Program-made: the position numbers and the translations under genes
The notes under the pieces: model-generated
Seen by the model: only the letters and a program-made list of their open reading frames with translations
What the model was told of the DNA's origin: nothing
Databases searched by the model: none
Shown here: in pieces, positions 57,294 through 64,000 of the stretch
Position numbering within the stretch: position 1 is the first letter of the stretch
Layout of the letters: every line of letters begins with the position of its first letter
Source: an uncultured Nitrospiraceae bacterium
GTDB lineage: Bacteria > Nitrospirota > Nitrospiria > Nitrospirales > Nitrospiraceae
Length of the DNA: 64,000 bases
Direction of reading: 5' to 3'
Assembly (NCBI GenBank): GCA_963730935.1
Contig: CAVSTP010000004.1
Span: forward strand, 1,504,001-1,568,000

Positions 57294-58742
57294 TCACTTT
57301 GGCTCGTCTTCCTCCGGCTCGTCTTTGGCGGAGGGGATGCCGTAGCGCTTGCACTTCTCCCAGAGCGCTTTTCGAGAGAGTCCCAGTATCTTCGACGCGG
57401 TCGTGCGGCTGCCTTCCACTTTTTCCAGCACCGAAAGGATGTACTCCTTCTCGAACTCCTCCCGCGCCGCCATGAGCGAATTCAATGGGCGCTCCGCCCG
57501 CTTCTGTCCCGTTAAGCCTTCGCTGCAAAATCCACAAGTGTCTTGGGGGACGCCGCCGGTGAAGGGACAGGTCTGAAAGCCGCACAAGTCCTGTGGCTGC
57601 ACCGGTTCGCGGTCGCGTCCCAGCGCCACGGCCCGCTCGATCATGTTCTCGAGTTCCCGCACGTTACCTGGGAACGAATAGCGCAGCAGCAGCTCCCGTG
57701 AGGCCGGCGAAAAGCCTTTCAGTTTCTTGTTCATCTTGACCGAACAGGTCTGCAGCACGTGGTCGGCGATGACCATGATGTCTTCCTGCCGCTTTCTCAA
57801 TGGTGGAATCACGACCTGGACGACGTTCAAGCGGTAGAACAAATCCTCGCGGAACCGTCCCATCGACACTTCCTTGCGTAAATCCTTTTGCGTGGCGCAC
57901 ACCAGGCGGACATCGACGTCGATCGTTTCGTTGCCCCCGACCCGCTCGAATTTGCGTTCCTGCAGCACCCGCAGCAGCTTGACCTGGACGACCGGGGAAA
58001 TCTCACCGATCTCGTCGAGAAACAGCGTGCCGCGATGGGCCAACTCGAACCGCCCTCGCCGTTGCCGCAAGGCGCCGGTGAACGCGCCCTTTTCATGGCC
58101 GAACAACTCCGCTTCCAACAGCGTCTCCGGCAACGCCGCGCAACTCACTTTGATGAGCGGATGCTGACTGCGGACACTGTTCTGATGAATGGCATTGGCA
58201 ACCAGCTCTTTTCCCGTCCCGCTCTCGCCCAGGATCAGGATCGTCGAATCGGTACCCGCGACGGTCTTGATCTTGTCCAGCACGCCACGCATCTGGCTGT
58301 TCGTGCCGAGAATGCCGTTGAAGCAAAACTTGCTCTCCAACGCTTCCTTCAGGTCCTGGTTCTCGCGGCGCAATGCGATAACGCGGCCGACCCGCTCGAC
58401 GATCAAGAGGAGCTCGTCCATTTGGAAGGGCTTCGTGATGTAGTCGAAGGCGCCCAGCTTCATGGCGCCGACCGCGGATTCCACCGACCCGTGGGCCGTG
58501 ATCATGACGACCTCGGTCTCGGGCGACTTGTCCTTCGTGGCCTTGAGGACCGTGAGCCCATCCGCGCCTGGCAACCGCAGATCGGTGATGACGAGATCGA
58601 ACGGCTTCTGGTGAAGCACCTCGAGGCCTTCCGTGCCCGACGCTGCAGCGTGGACGTCATAGCCGACAGCCTCCAGGGCGTCGACCATCGATAGCCGCAT
58701 GAGGGGCTCGTCGTCGACCAAAAGGATGGCCATCCCCTTCAT
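57294..58742 (-). CDS. Sigma-54-dependent response regulator (REC-AAA+-Fis HTH, NtrC family)
   Basis: VDDE, DLRLP, GESGTGKE, GAFTGA, FLDEIGE, PGNVRELEN and HTH; ATGA-coupled to the kinase. Confidence 0.95.
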   Translation of the reverse strand: MKGMAILLVDDEPLMRLSMVDALEAVGYDVHAAASGTEGLEVLHQKPFDLVITDLRLPGADGLTVLKATKDKSPETEVVMITAHGSVESAVGAMKLGAFDYITKPFQMDELLLIVERVGRVIALRRENQDLKEALESKFCFNGILGTNSQMRGVLDKIKTVAGTDSTILILGESGTGKELVANAIHQNSVRSQHPLIKVSCAALPETLLEAELFGHEKGAFTGALRQRRGRFELAHRGTLFLDEIGEISPVVQVKLLRVLQERKFERVGGNETIDVDVRLVCATQKDLRKEVSMGRFREDLFYRLNVVQVVIPPLRKRQEDIMVIADHVLQTCSVKMNKKLKGFSPASRELLLRYSFPGNVRELENMIERAVALGRDREPVQPQDLCGFQTCPFTGGVPQDTCGFCSEGLTGQKRAERPLNSLMAAREEFEKEYILSVLEKVEGSRTTASKILGLSRKALWEKCKRYGIPSAKDEPEEDEPK

Positions 58743-61700
58743 GACACTCTTTCCACCAACGACCGCTCTCTCGACAACGGTAGACATAAGGTAAATGTGG
58801 TTCCTTTCCCGACTTCGCTCTCCACCAGAATCTTACCACCATGCCGCTCTGCAATGCCGAGACTCACCGAGAGCCCCAGCCCCGTCCCCTCGCCTTCATT
58901 CTTCGTCGTGAAAAACGGATCGAAGATGCGCGGCAGCACTGTCGGCGGAATGCCGGAGCCGGTATCGCTGACATCGACCCGACACACGCCCTCGGCGACC
59001 GACGTCTGGATCGTCAGCACGCCGCCACCTTTCATGGCTTGCACAGCGTTCAGAATCAGGTTCATCAAGACCTGCTCGATCATATGCCGATCCACCATGA
59101 GGCTCAGCGAGGCGGGCCCCAGCAGCGTTTCGAGCCGGATAAGATTCGGCGCGAACAAGTGGTTCGTCAGCACGAGCACGCGGTCGACGATCTGATTGAT
59201 GTCGGTGGAGCTGAACTCGGGCTCGTGCTGTTGCGAAAAATCGAGCAGCTGCCGCACGATCTTCTGGACCCGCCGGACGCCGTCCTCCATCGACACCCAG
59301 TATTCTTCTTGACGCGCCGGGGAAAGGGTGCCTTTGCGCAGGTTATAGAGACAGTTCAGGATACCGGCGAGCGGGTTGTTGATTTCATGCGCGACCCCGG
59401 CAGCCAGTTTTCCGACGGATGCCAGCTTCTCGGAATTCCGAATCTGCTGCTCCAGCTTCTTGGTGTCGGTCATGTCGCGGGCGATGCCGAGCACGCCCAG
59501 AATTTCTCCCTCGGCGCCGTGCAGCGGAGACACGCTGACCATCACTGTGCGGGGTTCTCCCATCCGCGTCACCACTTCCACCTCGTAAACCTGCTTAGCA
59601 CCGATGTCGAGCGTATTCTTGAGGCGGCGGCCCCGATGGCGGCGAGACAACAGCGAGAGATAGGGACGGCCGAGCAGATCGTCCTTGCGATAGCCCCAGA
59701 CATTCACCTTGCTGTTGACGTAGGTGAACCGTTGCTCGGTGTCGAGAGTGTAGATCACGTCATTCGCGTTCTCGAGCAGATTTTCCAGGTATTGCTTGGT
59801 TTCTTCGATTTCCCGCGTCCGTTCCCGGACCTTGATTTCGAGTTCTTCTCGGTAGGTTTGGAGCTGCCGTTCCAGTCTCTTGCGGTCGGTAATGTCGCGC
59901 ATTTGCACCATCACCAGGACCTGCCCAGAGCCGGCCACGCGAATCAAATCCATTTCAACGGGCGTCTCGTATCCCTCGGCGTTGTAGACCGTGATTTCCT
60001 GCGTAGGCACCTGCCGTTGCCCGGTCCCGATTTCGGCCAACCATCCGGCGAGAGCCTCCCGGTGCGACGGCACGACGACGTCGTACATGCTGCCTCCGAC
60101 CACCTTCGACTCGGCATAGCCGAGCGCCTGCTCCTCGCGCTTATTGACCGCGACGACCGTCCCCGCCGCGTTGACCATGAACACGGAATCGGCGACCAGA
60201 TCGAAGAGCGCTTTGTAGCGGGCCTGGGAGGCGACCAGTTCCTGCGTGCGTTCGGAGACGGCCTGCTCCAACCCCGACGTGTAATGCTGCAGTTCCTGTT
60301 CGAGCCGATGACGCTCGGTCACGTCGCGCACGAAGGCACGGGAATGGACGAGGCCCCCGCGCTCCTGATCGAAGAGCGCCGTCGCGTGAATTTCCACGTC
60401 AATGGGGCGCCCGTCCTTGGCGAGCAGGACGGTTTCCATCGTGCTCTGCCCTTGAGAGACGAGCCGCTCGAGGTATTGCAGCACCCGAGACTCCTGCCCT
60501 CGCGGTACCACATCCCACAGCTTCATCATGAGCATTTCTGTCAGCTGATAGCCCAGCTTGTCGAGACCAGTCTTGTTCACGTGGACAAATCGGCCGCTGC
60601 GGTCCAGCTGGTAAATCATTTCGGGAGAATGCTCGATCAGATCGCGATATTTCTCTTCGAGGGCCCGGACTTCCCCCATCCGCTGTTCGATCTGCCCGAA
60701 AGACCGCTGAAGATTCGAAGCCATTTGATTGAAGGCGTCGGCCAAGGCCTCGATTTCATCGCCGGTCTTGAGTTCCAACCTCCGTTCAAGCCGGCCGCTG
60801 CCGATTTCCTGCACGCCGCCGTGTAGCAATTGAATCGGCCGGGCGATCCATCGCGCTGCCAAAAGACCCGTTCCCCAAAGCACGGCTAGGACCGCGAGCC
60901 CATACAGCAGGACCTTCGCCACGAGATCGCTCAGCGGCGCAAATGTTTCCTTGGGGTCCTGGCGGACGACCGTCACCCAGTGCTTGCCGCCAATGCTGCC
61001 GGCGGCCAACGGCTGACTGAACCGCACGGGTGCAAAACCGAGCAGTGAGTCCTTGCTGCCGTGCGTATCGTCGGCAGCGACGGTCCAACCGGACTTGAGC
61101 GTGCCCAGCACGTTGATGAACTCCGGCTTCACCGAATGTTCTTCAGGCGCCAGGATCGGACAGATAACGGGGGTGCCGTCAGAGGTGAAGAGCATGGCGT
61201 GACCGGTCGATCCGATCGTAACGTCCGCGATCGAATGGAACAACGTGTCGCGCCGGAGCAGAACCGTCACCGCACCGATGACCGATTTCTGCAGATCGTC
61301 CAAAATCGGCGCCGCGACCACCACGACGTGGGTGCCGAACGACGGGTCGAACATGATCTCGCTGACGTAGGGCTGTTGGCTGCTGCCCTTGACCACGGCC
61401 TGCCACCAGGGCGCCTTGCCATAGAAATACTCCACCTGGGGAATCGAGCTGACGACGAGCGCCCCTTGCTGATCGGTCACCAAGATGCCGACGTAATCAG
61501 ATTTCCTGATGTCGTGCCAGCGGATCAGATAGTTGGTCACGATGCGGTTGATGAACAGGGGAAACTCGCTGCGCTTGTCCCGCTGCTTCCAGCGTTGCTG
61601 CCAGTCCTTGATCATCTCCTGGATGCGGTGAGGATCTTTGTCTTCGTAGGTCCGATTGGCTTCGCTGACGGCGGTGCGCAGAAAGGGCGTGGTGGCGAGC

Positions 61701-61918
61701 TGCTGCCCCTCGTTCATCACGCGAGTGACGTGCATTTCGATCCGGCGGGCGGCGTCGACCGCGACTTCCTTGAAGCTCGTGCCGGTCGTGTCCCGCAGGG
61801 CGCGGCGCTCTTCGAGATAGGTCAGAGCGAGGAGGAACGTGAGCGGCAGAAACCCGACCATCACGATCGCCATGATGATCTTGCGCTGGAGACTGTGAGA
61901 ACGACTCCAGAATGCCAT
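58739..61918 (-). CDS. Membrane sensor histidine kinase (Cache-HAMP-3xPAS-HisKA-HATPase)
   Basis: Two TMs, HAMP (DEIEALADAFNQM), three PAS repeats, AHEINNPL and G-boxes. Confidence 0.93.
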   Translation of the reverse strand: MAFWSRSHSLQRKIIMAIVMVGFLPLTFLLALTYLEERRALRDTTGTSFKEVAVDAARRIEMHVTRVMNEGQQLATTPFLRTAVSEANRTYEDKDPHRIQEMIKDWQQRWKQRDKRSEFPLFINRIVTNYLIRWHDIRKSDYVGILVTDQQGALVVSSIPQVEYFYGKAPWWQAVVKGSSQQPYVSEIMFDPSFGTHVVVVAAPILDDLQKSVIGAVTVLLRRDTLFHSIADVTIGSTGHAMLFTSDGTPVICPILAPEEHSVKPEFINVLGTLKSGWTVAADDTHGSKDSLLGFAPVRFSQPLAAGSIGGKHWVTVVRQDPKETFAPLSDLVAKVLLYGLAVLAVLWGTGLLAARWIARPIQLLHGGVQEIGSGRLERRLELKTGDEIEALADAFNQMASNLQRSFGQIEQRMGEVRALEEKYRDLIEHSPEMIYQLDRSGRFVHVNKTGLDKLGYQLTEMLMMKLWDVVPRGQESRVLQYLERLVSQGQSTMETVLLAKDGRPIDVEIHATALFDQERGGLVHSRAFVRDVTERHRLEQELQHYTSGLEQAVSERTQELVASQARYKALFDLVADSVFMVNAAGTVVAVNKREEQALGYAESKVVGGSMYDVVVPSHREALAGWLAEIGTGQRQVPTQEITVYNAEGYETPVEMDLIRVAGSGQVLVMVQMRDITDRKRLERQLQTYREELEIKVRERTREIEETKQYLENLLENANDVIYTLDTEQRFTYVNSKVNVWGYRKDDLLGRPYLSLLSRRHRGRRLKNTLDIGAKQVYEVEVVTRMGEPRTVMVSVSPLHGAEGEILGVLGIARDMTDTKKLEQQIRNSEKLASVGKLAAGVAHEINNPLAGILNCLYNLRKGTLSPARQEEYWVSMEDGVRRVQKIVRQLLDFSQQHEPEFSSTDINQIVDRVLVLTNHLFAPNLIRLETLLGPASLSLMVDRHMIEQVLMNLILNAVQAMKGGGVLTIQTSVAEGVCRVDVSDTGSGIPPTVLPRIFDPFFTTKNEGEGTGLGLSVSLGIAERHGGKILVESEVGKGTTFTLCLPLSRERSLVERVS

Positions 61919-61990
61919 GATCGCTCCGCCTAGGCCAGAAAGCCTAGTTTCCTTCGCGACTATCTTACATGGTGTTCAAAAAGCGCGTCT

Positions 61991-62163
61991 ATCTCACCCG
62001 CCCGCCCTGCGCAATCGTTTTTCACCCGGCCCACCCACCGATTGCTTCGCAACCGACTACCCGGTGACATGCGCTGTGCCCAACTCACCCGCGCAGACCT
62101 GGCGTGCCAACGTCGAGTGTCTGCGCGATGCGAGCACGCAGCTGGAGGCCTTTTTCAACACCA
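61991..62163 (-). repeat. REP-like family B copy (inverted) joined to the element shared with 54417-54468
   Basis: TTTTTCACCCGGCCCACCCACCGATTGCTTCGCAACCG. Confidence 0.75.
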
Positions 62164-62165
62164 TG

Positions 62166-63083
62166 TCATGCCCGCTTCAAGAGGCGTCCGGCCCCGCCGG
62201 GCCACAACAATAGCAGTGGGCTCGCCACAAACACGGATGAATAGGTGCCGAAAATGACCCCCCAGAGTAGCGCCAGCGAGAAGTCATGGAGCACCTCCCC
62301 CCCGGCTAGGGTCAACGGAATGAGGACCAGCACAACGGTCAAACTCGTGACGATCGTGCGGCTCAGCACCTGATTGATCGCATTATTGATCATGGTCTCT
62401 TCCTGCTCGCGGCGCCGGAGACGCAGGTTTTCCCTGATGCGATCGAACACGACCACCGTATCCGTGAGCGAATAGCCCGCCAGCGTCAGGAGCGCCGTCA
62501 CCACGAGTAGCGTGATTTCCTTGTCGAGAAGATAGAAGGCGCCCAGCACGGCGAGCACGTCGTGAAAGGTCGCCAGTGCCGCGGCCACTCCGAACCGCAA
62601 TTCAAAGCGCGCCGCGATGTACAGGATGATGCCCGCGAACGAGATCACGATGGCCACCAGCGCATCGGATTGGAGCTTCTTGCCGATCGTGGGACCAATC
62701 TCTGTACTGGATTCCACCACGAACTTGTTGCTTGGAAATTCCTTGGAGAAAATGGATACGACCTTTTCCGCCGTTTTCTCCTCAATGGTCGTCGACGCCT
62801 TCACCCGGATGAGCAGCTTGTTCTCCTGACCGAATTCCTGGAGTTCGGCATCGGCCAGGCCGTTGGACTCAAGCGCCTTTCTGGCGTCTTCGATCCGGAT
62901 GGACTGATCGAACTTCAACTGCACCGCCGTCCCGCCCGCAAAGTCGATGCCGAGGTTGGCCTGCCCACGGGCGATCTGAATCAATGCGAGGACGCCCAGG
63001 ACCACCATGATGCCGGAAAACAGAAACGCATAGCGGCGCTTGCCCATGAAATCAACATTGGTCTTCCCGAGAATTTCTAACAT
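62166..63083 (-). CDS. secF: Protein translocase subunit SecF
   Basis: GIDFAGG, IGPTIG, FHDV, GYSLTDTVVVFDRIRE and GTYSS. Confidence 0.96.
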   Translation of the reverse strand: MLEILGKTNVDFMGKRRYAFLFSGIMVVLGVLALIQIARGQANLGIDFAGGTAVQLKFDQSIRIEDARKALESNGLADAELQEFGQENKLLIRVKASTTIEEKTAEKVVSIFSKEFPSNKFVVESSTEIGPTIGKKLQSDALVAIVISFAGIILYIAARFELRFGVAAALATFHDVLAVLGAFYLLDKEITLLVVTALLTLAGYSLTDTVVVFDRIRENLRLRRREQEETMINNAINQVLSRTIVTSLTVVLVLIPLTLAGGEVLHDFSLALLWGVIFGTYSSVFVASPLLLLWPGGAGRLLKRA

Positions 63084-63162
63084 GCAGGCTCCTTCAAGTT
63101 CGGCGCCCAGCGCCGAGATCCCAAAATCCCGGATCTCAGATAAAGACTCGTAACGAGTGACC

Positions 63163-64000
63163 CTAGATGCTCAACTGCTCGACTTTATGGCGTTGGTTGA
63201 TGATGTCGAAAATGACCTTGGTGCCCACCAGGGCCGTAAACAGATTGATCGCGATACCGAGACACAGCGTGACGGCAAATCCCTTGATCGGCCCGGTTCC
63301 GAACAGAAAGAGGGCGACGCCCGTAATGAGCGTCGTCACGTGCGAATCGACGATGGTGTACAAGGCCTTTTCGTAGCCTCCGTCCACAGCCAGCCGGACG
63401 CCCTTTCCGCTTCGCAGTTCTTCACGGATCCGCTCGAAAATCAGTACGTTCGAATCGACGCCCATGCCGATGGTCAGCACGATGCCGGCGATGCCCGGCA
63501 GGGTGAGGGTCGCCGACAGGGCCGACAATGCTCCCATCAGGCAGATCAGATTGAGGATCAGCGCGAAGTCGGCAACCACGCCCGAGAGCCGGTAGTAGAC
63601 CACCATAAACAGCATCACCATCGCGCCAGCAATCAACGTGGCCCGCACGCCTTTTTCGATCGAATCCTTGCCCAAGGACGGCCCAACGGTGAGATCCTGG
63701 ATGATCTTCAGCGGTGCCGGCAGCGCGCCTGCGCGCAACACGATCGCCAGATCGTTAGCCTCTTGCGTCGTAAACGTGCCGGTGATTTGCGCACGGCCGC
63801 CGCTGATGCGTTCCTGGATGACCGGAGCCGAATAGATCGTGTTGTCCAACACGATGGCCATCCGCTTTTTGACGTTTTCGCTCGTGATACGATCGAACTC
63901 GCGTCCGCCCTTCCCATCGAACGTGATGGAGACGTACGGATCGTTGAACTGCCCGATGGACACACGGGCATCGCTGAGCACGTCGCCGGTCAGCATCACC
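63163..64000 (-). CDS. secD: Protein translocase subunit SecD (5' part outside the window)
   Basis: [32 protein letters not shown] and [10 protein letters not shown]. Confidence 0.96.
   Translation of the reverse strand, partial: VMLTGDVLSDARVSIGQFNDPYVSITFDGKGGREFDRITSENVKKRMAIVLDNTIYSAPVIQERISGGRAQITGTFTTQEANDLAIVLRAGALPAPLKIIQDLTVGPSLGKDSIEKGVRATLIAGAMVMLFMVVYYRLSGVVADFALILNLICLMGALSALSATLTLPGIAGIVLTIGMGVDSNVLIFERIREELRSGKGVRLAVDGGYEKALYTIVDSHVTTLITGVALFLFGTGPIKGFAVTLCLGIAINLFTALVGTKVIFDIINQRHKVEQLSI

Noticed and set aside
58841..60826. 661-aa plus-strand ORF
   Set aside because: Antisense shadow of the sensor kinase.

Overview
GC-rich bacterial chromosomal window. Gene content points to Nitrospira or a close relative (inference). 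From left to right it holds: (1) the start of a PQQ-type operon (pqqA-pqqB-pqqC, cut at the window edge); (2) an oxidative pentose-phosphate cluster (tal-gnd-zwf); (3) an RND efflux system followed by an MlaE/F/D-PqiC-like ABC system; (4) a redox module of cNMP histidine kinase, receiver-thioredoxin reductase fusion, DsbA-like and DedA-rhodanese genes; (5) an aceE-aceF-lpdA pyruvate dehydrogenase operon ending in a lipoate-ligase remnant; (6) assorted envelope and metabolic genes; (7) a ~20 kb island that looks like the accessory and maturation region for periplasmic nitrite oxidoreductase, with two NxrC/EbdC-like heme b subunits, a TorD-family chaperone, TatA, two penta-heme cytochromes, a NapG-like ferredoxin, a B12 radical SAM enzyme, NHL/TPR/WD40/PDZ proteins and a sigma-54 two-component system; (8) secF and partial secD. 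The most notable signals are His-to-Gln changes in both PqqB and PqqC alongside an extended PqqA, an unexplained ~200-nt rod-like fold-back element at 57071-57268, a dispersed structured repeat family with compensatory base changes, a four-Cys insertion in the sigma-54 activator, and three frameshifts inside the NXR-accessory island. I saw no rRNA, tRNA, CRISPR array or transposase. All calls come from reading the sequence by eye; no searches were run.
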